DNA of 64,000 nt from positions 73,584-137,583 of IMG/VR virus record IMGVR_UViG_3300007512_001547, one strand, 5' to 3'. Of the stretch, positions 37,754 to 47,276 are shown piece by piece. The translations under genes were made by a program, and so were the position numbers. Under the pieces are notes generated by a model that saw only the letters and a program-made list of their open reading frames with translations, searched no databases and had not been told where the DNA came from. Within the stretch, counting starts at the first letter, position 1. Every line of letters begins with the position of its first letter. The stretch is from a virus.

Positions 37754-38649
37754 GATTAGCAGTAATAGGTACAGGATATTGGGGAAGTAAAATTGTAGAT
37801 ACAATTAAAAAAATGAATCTACAAGTATCTCTATATGATTTAAATGACAATATAGATGCAATTGTTCCTAGTTTAATTGATGGTGTAATAATTGCCACTC
37901 CTGCACAAACACATATAACCCTTGCAAAAGTATTTTTAAGAAGAGGTATTGATTGTTTAGTTGAAAAACCTGCGTTTATGAACATGGCTGAATATAACGA
38001 GATAGCACCTTATACTGCTAATGCAAAATTAATGGCAGGACACATATTGTTATATAATGAACACTTTGATTTTTTAAAACAAACAGTTGTTGACAAAGAA
38101 ATATTACACATTGAACATCGTAGATTGGCATGGGGAAGATTACAAAAAGATATTAATCCAATATTACACTATGCACCACACGACATAGCCATTTTAGATA
38201 ACTTGTTAGGTACTATGCCAGATGAGATACATAGCACAGGCATACACATTATAAAACAAACACAACCTGACTTTGTCACTTGTAATTTAAAGTATGGCAA
38301 AGTAACTGTACAATTACAAATGGGTTGGTACTACCATAAGAAAGTTAGGGATATTTCTGTTATAACAGACAAAGGTACACTTATTTGGAATGATGCTGAG
38401 AACAAAAGCAAATGGATTAGCCAAACAATAGAAGATGGTCGACAGATACAACATATGGATCTAGACAAAACATTTACTGAATCTACGTCTCCTATGCAGA
38501 GACAAATATCAGCATTTATAGACTATTGCGAGAAAGACAAATTACCAGATTCAAGCATGGAACATATTAAAAAAGTTACATACATTGTAGAGTGTATGGA
38601 GAAAAGTTTAAAAACAGGAGAGGTTGTATGTCCTTCAAAAAAATATTAG
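37750..38649 (+). CDS. Gfo/Idh/MocA family oxidoreductase
   Basis: VIGTGYWG, IATPAQTH, LVEKP, GHILLYN, HDIA. Confidence 0.92.
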   Translation: MRLAVIGTGYWGSKIVDTIKKMNLQVSLYDLNDNIDAIVPSLIDGVIIATPAQTHITLAKVFLRRGIDCLVEKPAFMNMAEYNEIAPYTANAKLMAGHILLYNEHFDFLKQTVVDKEILHIEHRRLAWGRLQKDINPILHYAPHDIAILDNLLGTMPDEIHSTGIHIIKQTQPDFVTCNLKYGKVTVQLQMGWYYHKKVRDISVITDKGTLIWNDAENKSKWISQTIEDGRQIQHMDLDKTFTESTSPMQRQISAFIDYCEKDKLPDSSMEHIKKVTYIVECMEKSLKTGEVVCPSKKY

Positions 38650-39269
38650 CCATAGGTGCACATCCAGACGATGTTGAACTAGGTTGCTCAGGTACATTAT
38701 TAAAGTATCAAGCAGAAGGTTCTCACATTGACATTGTTATTTGTAGAGATGATAACGCACCAAAGCCAAGTACTTGGAGAGACAGAGAAAAGATGCAGAC
38801 AGAATACAAAAAGTCTGAAGAACTATTTGGAATTAAATTTAATATACTTGAAAATCCTACCGATAACGATGGAAGGCCAGTTCTAGAATGGAATAGTAAG
38901 TTTGTTAAGAAAATGGACGACATTGTTTATAATGACAACTATGATCTTATAATAACACACAGTCCAGGAGACCATCATCAGGATCATGTGAATACTTTTC
39001 ACATTGTTAATTCTTCTTTACGTAGATGGAAAGGAGAGTTTTGGTTGATGGAGGGCGGACCATACAGTAATAAAAATCAACAATTTAACCCAAATGTGTT
39101 TATAGACATATCTGATTACATAGATAAAAAAATCGAGTTAGTTAGTTGTTATGACAGTTATTTCTCTGATACATTATTACACAATATAAAAGGACTTGCG
39201 GCATACAGAGGACAGATGACTGACTCTAAATATGCTGAAGCTTTCGAATGCAAATGGAGAACACTATGA
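38628..39269 (+). CDS. PIG-L/LmbE family deacetylase
   Basis: GAHPDDVELG, THSPGDHHQDH; start ATG 38628 after SD AGGAG. Confidence 0.92.
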   Translation: MSFKKILAIGAHPDDVELGCSGTLLKYQAEGSHIDIVICRDDNAPKPSTWRDREKMQTEYKKSEELFGIKFNILENPTDNDGRPVLEWNSKFVKKMDDIVYNDNYDLIITHSPGDHHQDHVNTFHIVNSSLRRWKGEFWLMEGGPYSNKNQQFNPNVFIDISDYIDKKIELVSCYDSYFSDTLLHNIKGLAAYRGQMTDSKYAEAFECKWRTL

Positions 39270-40267
39270 GAATACTAATATTAGGGGGCTATGGATTTAT
39301 AGGTAGCCATATTTGTCAACAATTAAAATCAGAAGGACACACAATAGGAGTTGTAGATTGTTATCATCAATATTACACGTTTCCAGATTGGGAATACTAT
39401 CCTGTGCTTAATCAAAGAAAAGAAATTACAAAAACAGATAAAGAATACATAGGACAAATAGAAAACTTTCAATTTATGGAACAAACATTTGAAGATTTTA
39501 AGCCAGACAGAATTATTCATGTTGCTACTTTTCCAAATGCAAAAATGGTTAAAAGAAATGTGTTAGATGCAACTAATAATATGATTACTGCTACTGCATA
39601 CATATTAGATCTATGTGTCAAACATAAGGTACAAAAGATAGTTTATGCTTCAAGCAGTATGGTATATGGAGAGTTTAATAATCAAATACCAGACGAAGAA
39701 GTTATACCAGAACCAAATACATTGTACGGCTCATACAAAAAACAAGGTGAAACTATGTGCAAGATATGGAACAGAGAGTATGGCTTACCTTATATTATTA
39801 TGAGACCATCAGCACTTTATGGCACACGTGATACTATATGCAGAGTCATCAGCCAAATGTTAAAGAGTGTATTAACGACCGGTGATATGACTGTGCAGGG
39901 ACCTGATAATAAATTAGACTTCTCAAATGTACTGGATGTTGCCAAATACTTTTCATTAGCTACTACAAACGAAGTACTCAACGAAACATTTAATTGTACT
40001 CGTGGTAATGGTAGAAAAATTATAGACGCGGCAGAGATAATAAAATCAAAAATAGGTACTGGAAATATTATTACTAAACCACATGATTCATTCTATCCAA
40101 ACAGAGATACACTAAACAGTGATAAAGCAAAAACTATGTTTAATTTTAATCCAACAATAGATATAGAAGAAGGTATTCCAAAATATATTAATTGGTTTTT
40201 AGAACAACCTTTTTATTTTAATAATTTAAATATTAATCCAAAGTTTGCTCTGGGTACAAAGACTTAA
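39266..40267 (+). CDS. NAD-dependent epimerase/dehydratase (extended SDR)
   Basis: GGYGFIGSH, ASSSMVYG, YGSYK, RPSALYG. Confidence 0.92.
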   Translation: MRILILGGYGFIGSHICQQLKSEGHTIGVVDCYHQYYTFPDWEYYPVLNQRKEITKTDKEYIGQIENFQFMEQTFEDFKPDRIIHVATFPNAKMVKRNVLDATNNMITATAYILDLCVKHKVQKIVYASSSMVYGEFNNQIPDEEVIPEPNTLYGSYKKQGETMCKIWNREYGLPYIIMRPSALYGTRDTICRVISQMLKSVLTTGDMTVQGPDNKLDFSNVLDVAKYFSLATTNEVLNETFNCTRGNGRKIIDAAEIIKSKIGTGNIITKPHDSFYPNRDTLNSDKAKTMFNFNPTIDIEEGIPKYINWFLEQPFYFNNLNINPKFALGTKT

Positions 40268-41549
40268 ACTGCTCTTTAATCCATTCATAATCATAAGAAT
40301 ACATTAATTTATTGTAATCATTTTTGTAGTTGTTGTAATGCTTCTGACCATCAACTGCACCTTGATATATCCATTTAGCATTCTCACCATTACCCAACGT
40401 ACTCCATTTTTTAAGTCTGTATTTAGATTCCACTGTTGGTTTCATTTGTAATAATTTTATAACTTCCCTAAATGATGACCTATAAGCTAACAATGGTGTT
40501 TCGTTACAGTTACTAATTGCAGACAATATAGGTACTGAATGATGTGCTTGTGACAATGTAAAATCTAAACCTGGCTTTGTTGTTTTCATTACTAGATCTT
40601 TATTGTAAAGTATAACGCCTCCCCAACCATATGTTAGATCTATCACAGAATTATAACAATCAAATATGTAATGACAAGGGTTCCTTAACCTCTCTGGTTG
40701 AAAATCGAATTTAAAACTATCTACTATTTCGCTCTTTGGGAACACAGCAAAGAAATATTCTGTTTTACTCATCTGTGCCGCGGCCATGTAAGCAAGTGTC
40801 TGTCCTTGTACACCTTTGCTCCATTTAGCTCTAGGAAATTTTTCTTTTAATTTATTATATCGTTTTTCAGCACTAGGTTCGTCATACGATATAAAAACTA
40901 TGTCCATTGGATTTATATTATAGTCTAAGTCATAATGTACACTTCTTTCTACATCATAAAATTGTTTTAAATTATCTTGCTTTGGTACCAACATAATATC
41001 TTTTGTGTTACCCCAAGAATACAGTTTAACGTCTTCCCAGAAGCTAGGGTAAAAATTTGGCACTTTGTCAGGATCCAATTCTTTATTATACAGCCATGTA
41101 TAGTATTCTTCACTGTTATTGTATGCGGTAATTGGATCACTTAATTTAAATGCAATTTTTGGTATTATGTTTTGAAAAAGATTAGCATGAGCATGATAAT
41201 TAATGTCTTGAAAATCTCGCAAATATTGTATGTTGTACATCTGTTCTTTAAATTCTTTTGTAGGTATCAACATAATATTACCTTCTTTATTTGTTCCACC
41301 GTTAGGGTGCGTGTTGTACCATACGTGTATTTGATTTTTTTCGTGTTGTTCTGGAATGTAATCTATATCTATAGTTTTCATATTAATGAAACTAGAAAAA
41401 AACCAGAAGTACTCTGTCTTAATCTCCCCTACTACACTCTTAAGTATTTCAAAATAACTCTTAACAAAAGGTACTACCCTAGTGTTAGCAAAAGGACTTG
41501 GAAAAAATCCTGTATCTTTAAATCTGACCTGTACACTATCAAACGCCAT
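40233..41549 (-). CDS. Glycosyltransferase-like (GT-A) protein with an N-terminal extension; paralog of 51242-52141
   Basis: DIVFISYDEP.A, GVQG...AY.AAA..S.TEYFF, YGWGGVILY, YRSSFRE; DxD replaced by FPKSE; start 41549 after GGAG. Confidence 0.7.
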   Translation of the reverse strand: MAFDSVQVRFKDTGFFPSPFANTRVVPFVKSYFEILKSVVGEIKTEYFWFFSSFINMKTIDIDYIPEQHEKNQIHVWYNTHPNGGTNKEGNIMLIPTKEFKEQMYNIQYLRDFQDINYHAHANLFQNIIPKIAFKLSDPITAYNNSEEYYTWLYNKELDPDKVPNFYPSFWEDVKLYSWGNTKDIMLVPKQDNLKQFYDVERSVHYDLDYNINPMDIVFISYDEPSAEKRYNKLKEKFPRAKWSKGVQGQTLAYMAAAQMSKTEYFFAVFPKSEIVDSFKFDFQPERLRNPCHYIFDCYNSVIDLTYGWGGVILYNKDLVMKTTKPGLDFTLSQAHHSVPILSAISNCNETPLLAYRSSFREVIKLLQMKPTVESKYRLKKWSTLGNGENAKWIYQGAVDGQKHYNNYKNDYNKLMYSYDYEWIKEQFKSLYPEQTLD

Positions 41550-41573
41550 AAAAGTCTCCACCATTAAGTTTTA

Positions 41574-43037
41574 TCATAGTACTTTTACTCCATATTTGGC
41601 TGTCCAGTCTTTACCATCTTTGGTGTCATTTACCATTGGCATACCCTTAATGTTCAAACTGGTGTTTAACAATATTGGACAACCTGTTTTCTTTTTCCAT
41701 GCTTTAAGTAACTCATAAAACCCTTCGTTATCGCTTTTAGCGACGGTTTGCACCCTAGATGTATTATCATAGTGTATTATGGCAGGACAGTCTTTACCAT
41801 GCGTGTACGTTGCTGTATATTGCATATAAGGGGTGTTTAAAACACCTTTAGGTAGCTTAAAATACTCGTTTACATCCTCTTCTAAAATGGCAGGAGCAAA
41901 CGGTCTAAACTTTTGTCTTCTTTTAATTTGATTTACCATATCCTTAATTTCCAATCCTCTTGGGTCAGCTAAAAGAGATCTATTACCAAGAGCTCTTGGT
42001 CCAAACTCTGCTCTACCATTTGCAACTCCTACCATTTTATTTTCTGTTAATTCTTTTATAATTTTATCTACTGGATATTCTCCTTCTATGTTATATCCTA
42101 AAAATGGACTCTTCCAATCTAAGTGTCTTTGTTCCGATGCCGCGATACATCCTAACGAACTTCCTGCATCTCCTGGATTAGGTATAATCCAAATGTTATC
42201 AAACAATCCCATATTTGCTAATGCAGTGTTTGCCGCACAATTAAGAGCAACTCCGCCTGCATAAACTAAATTTCTGCTACCATACTTAGATGCTCTATGC
42301 CATAAATCTGCAAGACATTCTTCAAGAACTGATTGTATACTTGCGGCTATATCCATAACATCTGCTTCTGGATGCCAATCACTTAACCCTCTATGTAAAT
42401 TCTTTTTTAATTTAAAAGGTGATTGTATCACAAAGTCTTCATAGATATCATCTTTATATCTTGGTTTTCCATAAGCCGCCATTCCCATTAAAATATATTC
42501 TTCTTCTGCAGGTTTTAATCCACAACGTTGTGTAAATGCAGAATATAATATGCCCAAACTATGTGGATACTTTATAGTTTCTTTTCGTTCTATCCAAACT
42601 TTGTTAGCAGTAGATATTGATACTGTATCCCATTCACCTATTGCATCCACTGTTAAAATAGTTGCTTCTCGAAATGGTGAAGTAAAATATCCTGCCGCGG
42701 CATGACTATCATGATGTTTTACATATTCATCTATTTTAATTTTAAAATTATCTAAATGCCATTGTGGCATTTCTGTATAACTTAAAGCATCACTGTATTG
42801 TCCTGCATAAAATTGTCGTGTTTTCTTTAATAAAGGTTTTTCGTAATAAACAACTTTGTCAAAAGGACCATATGTCATTGCTTCATTTACTATTCGCCAA
42901 TTTAAATAAAAATCATTTTTAACTTTTGAATAACGTTCTGCATGAGCGGCCCATAGCACTTCGCCTATACCACTGCTGTAATCAACAACTGCCATTGCGG
43001 CATCGTGATTCATACAGTTTATACCTAATATTCTCAT
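41574..43037 (-). CDS. Carbamoyltransferase (NodU/CmcH/TobZ family)
   Basis: HDAAMA, HHDSHAAAGYF, DAIGE, SLGILYS, GGVALNC, GRAEFGPRALGNRSLLADPR, RPFAP, SRVQTV, LLNTSLN. Confidence 0.96.
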   Translation of the reverse strand: MRILGINCMNHDAAMAVVDYSSGIGEVLWAAHAERYSKVKNDFYLNWRIVNEAMTYGPFDKVVYYEKPLLKKTRQFYAGQYSDALSYTEMPQWHLDNFKIKIDEYVKHHDSHAAAGYFTSPFREATILTVDAIGEWDTVSISTANKVWIERKETIKYPHSLGILYSAFTQRCGLKPAEEEYILMGMAAYGKPRYKDDIYEDFVIQSPFKLKKNLHRGLSDWHPEADVMDIAASIQSVLEECLADLWHRASKYGSRNLVYAGGVALNCAANTALANMGLFDNIWIIPNPGDAGSSLGCIAASEQRHLDWKSPFLGYNIEGEYPVDKIIKELTENKMVGVANGRAEFGPRALGNRSLLADPRGLEIKDMVNQIKRRQKFRPFAPAILEEDVNEYFKLPKGVLNTPYMQYTATYTHGKDCPAIIHYDNTSRVQTVAKSDNEGFYELLKAWKKKTGCPILLNTSLNIKGMPMVNDTKDGKDWTAKYGVKVL

Positions 43038-43588
43038 CTTTTTAATTTAAACCATTTTTTTGCTTGTTTTAAATAATTTTTCCACCATTTATTTTCAATT
43101 GTATATTCAAAATTTTGTGAGGTTTTGTTTACTTGTAATTCTTTAGCACCATTCCTTAAATGAAATTCTCGTGCCATATCTGTTAATGGTGATAATGTAA
43201 CTAATCGATTTAAATGATTTGATTTTTTAATCATTTTAAAAACTTCTTGTATTATTCTTTTTCCACCACCTTTTTTCTTTGACCAAACTGTATAAGCAAT
43301 AGCAATATTGCCTTGTATTCCTGCTCTATGAGTTGCCTGTATAAAAGCATCTTTACTCATTAAATCTAATTCTTCTATCGTCTTTGGTATTTCGTGTGTA
43401 AAGGCAAAGCACATAACCGCAACAATATCTTTGCCAAGTTTTAAACCATATATTTTTCTACCCCAATCTTTTCTAAACTTATTATCCAATTCAGGCCTCA
43501 CAGGATCTTCTTTGAAATGACAATATTTCATTTCAACTAACTCCACTTTTTTAAGCCAATCAAATGTTAACTTTTTAATTTTTTTCAT
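43034..43588 (-). CDS. Hypothetical protein, possible GNAT-like fold
   Basis: AYTVWS..KGGG..II and VTLSP...A..FH..NGA, reminiscent of an acyl-CoA-binding loop. Confidence 0.6.
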   Translation of the reverse strand: MKKIKKLTFDWLKKVELVEMKYCHFKEDPVRPELDNKFRKDWGRKIYGLKLGKDIVAVMCFAFTHEIPKTIEELDLMSKDAFIQATHRAGIQGNIAIAYTVWSKKKGGGKRIIQEVFKMIKKSNHLNRLVTLSPLTDMAREFHLRNGAKELQVNKTSQNFEYTIENKWWKNYLKQAKKWFKLKR

Positions 43589-43872
43589 TTGTTTACTTTT
43601 ATTTCTTCACTCTCTCCATAATACGGAGATGCAAGAGAGTGTGGTTTTATTATAAATCCTCTTATATTATACATTTTAATTTGTGCTAATAAATTTCCTG
43701 CTTCTGCTAAAGCAAACCAAAATGCATTTTTTTCATAGAGATAAATCCAACTAAACTTCCTAGGATATTTCTTACCGTTAATATAAACTTTCCAACCATT
43801 AACAATATTATAATTTCCCCATTTATGTTTAATATTAAACCTTCGACTAAATTTTTTACATTTAATTTCCAT
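43585..43872 (-). CDS. Hypothetical protein
   Basis: 95 aa, aromatic/basic, ATGA coupled downstream. Confidence 0.55.
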   Translation of the reverse strand: MEIKCKKFSRRFNIKHKWGNYNIVNGWKVYINGKKYPRKFSWIYLYEKNAFWFALAEAGNLLAQIKMYNIRGFIIKPHSLASPYYGESEEIKVNK

Positions 43873-43879
43873 TTAAATC

Positions 43880-43984
43880 TTATTTGTATATAAACGGGTC
43901 TTTTTTCTTTAGTTCTTTTAATCTTTTACGATAAGCAAGTTCTTGCTTAATCTTATTGATTATTTTTTTAATCCATCCGAACAT
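43880..43984 (-). CDS. 34-aa basic microprotein (not in ORF track)
   Basis: MFGWIKKIINKIKQELAYRKRLKEL...KDPFIYK; SD GGAGG 5 nt upstream; fills the gap in the operon. Confidence 0.7.
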   Translation of the reverse strand: MFGWIKKIINKIKQELAYRKRLKELKKKDPFIYK

Positions 43985-44789
43985 TTTTTCCTCCTATTAT
44001 TTCATTAAACTTAGGTTGCATTAATTTTACAGCATCTCTGTGTGCTTTGTCTAGCGGGTGTGTTGTACCACGTTCATATTCATTCAATAATGCCCATTGA
44101 TTAAATCCCATACAACGATCACCAAAGAAAAACCATCTGGTTAAATCTATTTCTTTATGTAATGCTAACATAAATGGATCTTGATCTTTGTGGTTATCAA
44201 AGTCTCTGTAAAACAAACTATTATCAGCAAGTGTAAACATATATGGAATTTTCTTTTTTTCTAAAATATTCTGTAACCAAATAATAGATTTCCAGCTCAA
44301 ATATGTTTCATGATATTCATTAGCGGCGTGTTTATAAATTGCTTCAGCAAATGGTTTAACTCCTGTATTAATTAATAACTCTTCTCTTCTTTTCCATTGT
44401 TCTTGTTGTGCTTCGGATCCTACTAACGCAGTATGTCGCTCTTCACTTGCTATTTTAGTGTCCCAGGGAGATATTGTTGCCCAACGAGTTTTTTCTAAAT
44501 TTCTATGTCGTGGCATCGCCCAATCATAACGAGATAAAAAACTCCACATTACAACAACACAACCAATATCTGTTGTATTTGCTACTGCATTAAAAACTCT
44601 TCTTGCAATTCCTGGATTTCCTGTACCAGGTCTTGCTGTACAAATATAATTGTCTGGTTGACAATAATTTTCTTCTTGACTTAAAACATATGCCCAACTT
44701 TGCTTAGATGGTGTTTTACCTTCATTATCATCAGACAATTCGTGTCCAAATGTAAAACTACAACCTCCTGCTATAAATTTTTTATTCAT
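43968..44789 (-). CDS. SGNH/GDSL hydrolase-like protein (possible sugar O-acyl esterase or transferase)
   Basis: Block I GGCSFTFG, block II GTGN, C-terminal THP...H. Confidence 0.8.
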   Translation of the reverse strand: MNKKFIAGGCSFTFGHELSDDNEGKTPSKQSWAYVLSQEENYCQPDNYICTARPGTGNPGIARRVFNAVANTTDIGCVVVMWSFLSRYDWAMPRHRNLEKTRWATISPWDTKIASEERHTALVGSEAQQEQWKRREELLINTGVKPFAEAIYKHAANEYHETYLSWKSIIWLQNILEKKKIPYMFTLADNSLFYRDFDNHKDQDPFMLALHKEIDLTRWFFFGDRCMGFNQWALLNEYERGTTHPLDKAHRDAVKLMQPKFNEIIGGKNVRMD

Positions 44790-45948
44790 ATATTTGTAAT
44801 ACCTTATTTAAAAGTGGAAAAACATCTCCAAAATCTTCTTTTCTATACTTGTCTGTTTGTAATATCCTTGCTTTTCTTTGCTCTCTAATTTCTTCTGAAT
44901 CTCTATGTGCTGAATTCATAAATCTTAATGTGGGTTGAAAATCTGTAAGCATTGAGTATCTACTATTAACAATATTTTTAACCTGTTTAGGTAATGTTTG
45001 TATGTTAAAATAATCTGGATCAAAACAGGTATTAACATAAAAGAATTTAGGTTGATATTGTGCTACCCATAATGAAATTTTTGCTAAACTAAAAATATTA
45101 AAAATACTAATTGTTGTACAAATTTGAAACTCCATATTATGAGTTTGATATGTTTTAAACTCTACAAGATTATGATTAACTTCTCTCCAGTTAGCAGGGT
45201 GTCTTTGATATTGAAACTGCTCTCCTACATCATCAATACTAAATGCTATTTCAACTCTTTTAAAATATCTCCACAGGTCAAATATTTCTCTAGGCGGCAA
45301 TTGTGTTCCATTTGTGTTGTAGTGTATATCTATATTTTTTGCATAACCTTTTTCAACACAATGCATTAATATTTTAAAATGATCTCGTATCATAAAAGGT
45401 TCACCACCTGTAAACTCAAAATATTCTGCATCTGCTAAACATTCTTGTATGTCATCAAAAAATGTAGGATGTTTTTTTGGCCAACCACCTTCTTTTAGAT
45501 TTTTTCTTGCGACTGGATTTTCTCCATAATCTAATTCTTCCTGTGCCCACTTGCTGGAACTCCAACTGCCACATATTCTACATTTTAAATTACATACGTT
45601 GCCCAACTTAAAATCTATAAACTTTAGTGTTGGCTCGCTATTAGGGGTCCAGTCTTTTAAACTGTTACGCATTTTATAAATTGAATTCATACGTTTTGAT
45701 GTTTTTCCAACACTTTCTTCTTGCCAACAACTTTCACAACTTAAAGGACGTTCTCCATTTTTAAATTTTTGTCTTAATTTTTTCATATATTCAGAACTTT
45801 GTATTGTTTTTAAATCAGTTTCATATACTTTAACATTGGGTATATTTCCTTTATATAAACAACAAGGCGAAGCACCTCCATTTACATCTACTTCTAAATG
45901 TGTCCACGGTAATGGACATATATTTGATTTTATATACTTTTCCACCAT
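44782..45948 (-). CDS. N-terminal twitch-domain radical SAM protein (copy 6)
   Basis: ICPLPW...PCC...CESCW..E..SKR; GNVCNLKCRIC; TGGEP. Confidence 0.93.
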   Translation of the reverse strand: MVEKYIKSNICPLPWTHLEVDVNGGASPCCLYKGNIPNVKVYETDLKTIQSSEYMKKLRQKFKNGERPLSCESCWQEESVGKTSKRMNSIYKMRNSLKDWTPNSEPTLKFIDFKLGNVCNLKCRICGSWSSSKWAQEELDYGENPVARKNLKEGGWPKKHPTFFDDIQECLADAEYFEFTGGEPFMIRDHFKILMHCVEKGYAKNIDIHYNTNGTQLPPREIFDLWRYFKRVEIAFSIDDVGEQFQYQRHPANWREVNHNLVEFKTYQTHNMEFQICTTISIFNIFSLAKISLWVAQYQPKFFYVNTCFDPDYFNIQTLPKQVKNIVNSRYSMLTDFQPTLRFMNSAHRDSEEIREQRKARILQTDKYRKEDFGDVFPLLNKVLQIYE

Positions 45949-47276
45949 TCCAATACCTCTGGTTCTTTTATTAATATTTTTGTAATATCTGTTCCACGAA
46001 TTTTATCTAAACGCTCGCATTCTTCTTTTCCTGATTTCCAACCTTTCATACAAGTTTCTTTATCATAACGTTGTTCATTAGTAGGATGATTTTTCAAATC
46101 GTCCAATCCTTCTAAAAATGCCATGTTAAACACTGTAGGTTTTTCGTTTTTAACTTTGTCTTTAACTTTGTCTACCATTTTGTGTAATAATTTTTGAGGC
46201 ATAAACAAAGGACTCATGAATACATCAGGACTAAAAGTAAATACTTTTTTACATAATAACGGTATTTTCAAATCTTTTTGTAATTCATACATATTTTCTA
46301 AGTCAAATAATCCAGGAAGTGTTACAGTAAGATCTAATTGTAATTGTCTTGGATGCCTTACGAATTTTTTTGCATATTGCATATTAGAATACCATTCGTT
46401 ATATTTTAAACCTGTTCTAATATATTCACCAATTTCGCCAGTTCCGTCTATTGATGCATTTATTTGCCAATCTTGAAATTTTGAAAGAATATCATCAAAT
46501 AAATTTAATTTAAAAAATTTAATTCTACTCATATTAGAATTATACCTAACATAAACTTGATTTGCATATCCTAATTCTACTACACGTTGCATGGCAATCC
46601 AGTGTATTTTCCACATTAACGGTTCTCCACCGCACCAATAAAACTCTCTAATAGTTTTCTCTTCAATTGCTTTTGTAAATTCTTTAACCATTGTTTGATC
46701 ATGGAACTTTTGCAATATTGCTTGTACATCTTTCCTACCCCAAATTCTATATTTTGTGTATAGTTCAGGTTTGCGATGTTTTTTATTTTCCGCCTCCCAA
46801 CTACTACTCAACATATCACCACACATTCTACAACTAAAATTACAAAGATTAGAAAATCTATAATCCCAACTAACAACTTTCATTGTTGTTACACCGGTGT
46901 CATCTGTTGACTCAAATGCTTTATCTATATCGTTTCCGTAAAATCTGTTGAAGTGCTGTCTATACACCTGTGCATTAAGCAGTTTATGATTACAAGTAGC
47001 ACATTGTGGTATTTCTTCTCCGGCCATTAATTTAAGCCTAACTGATTTCATATATTCAGAATTCCAATGCTCATCTAAACTTTTTAAATTAATTTTACCT
47101 GAACTTATATTACTCTTATAATCTTTTGGTAGTGTGTCAATATATTGTTTAAAATTATTGGAATCTTCACGACTTGCACAACACAATCGCCTTTCCATTT
47201 GAGGTGACATATAAGTATGCACCCATGGCGCCATACAGAATGTTTTATTACCTTCGTTTGGTTTAATTTTTTTCAT
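45930..47276 (-). CDS. N-terminal twitch-domain radical SAM protein (copy 7)
   Basis: Likely start MKKIKP at 47276; FCMAPW...LCC...CATC; NLCNFSCRMC; CGGEP. Confidence 0.93.
   Translation of the reverse strand: MKKIKPNEGNKTFCMAPWVHTYMSPQMERRLCCASREDSNNFKQYIDTLPKDYKSNISSGKINLKSLDEHWNSEYMKSVRLKLMAGEEIPQCATCNHKLLNAQVYRQHFNRFYGNDIDKAFESTDDTGVTTMKVVSWDYRFSNLCNFSCRMCGDMLSSSWEAENKKHRKPELYTKYRIWGRKDVQAILQKFHDQTMVKEFTKAIEEKTIREFYWCGGEPLMWKIHWIAMQRVVELGYANQVYVRYNSNMSRIKFFKLNLFDDILSKFQDWQINASIDGTGEIGEYIRTGLKYNEWYSNMQYAKKFVRHPRQLQLDLTVTLPGLFDLENMYELQKDLKIPLLCKKVFTFSPDVFMSPLFMPQKLLHKMVDKVKDKVKNEKPTVFNMAFLEGLDDLKNHPTNEQRYDKETCMKGWKSGKEECERLDKIRGTDITKILIKEPEVLEWWKSI

Noticed and set aside
43932-43949. Hairpin TAAGCAA-GTTC-TTGCTTA as a terminator
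   Set aside because: It is AT-rich, has no adjacent U-tract and lies inside the 34-aa ORF in mid-operon.
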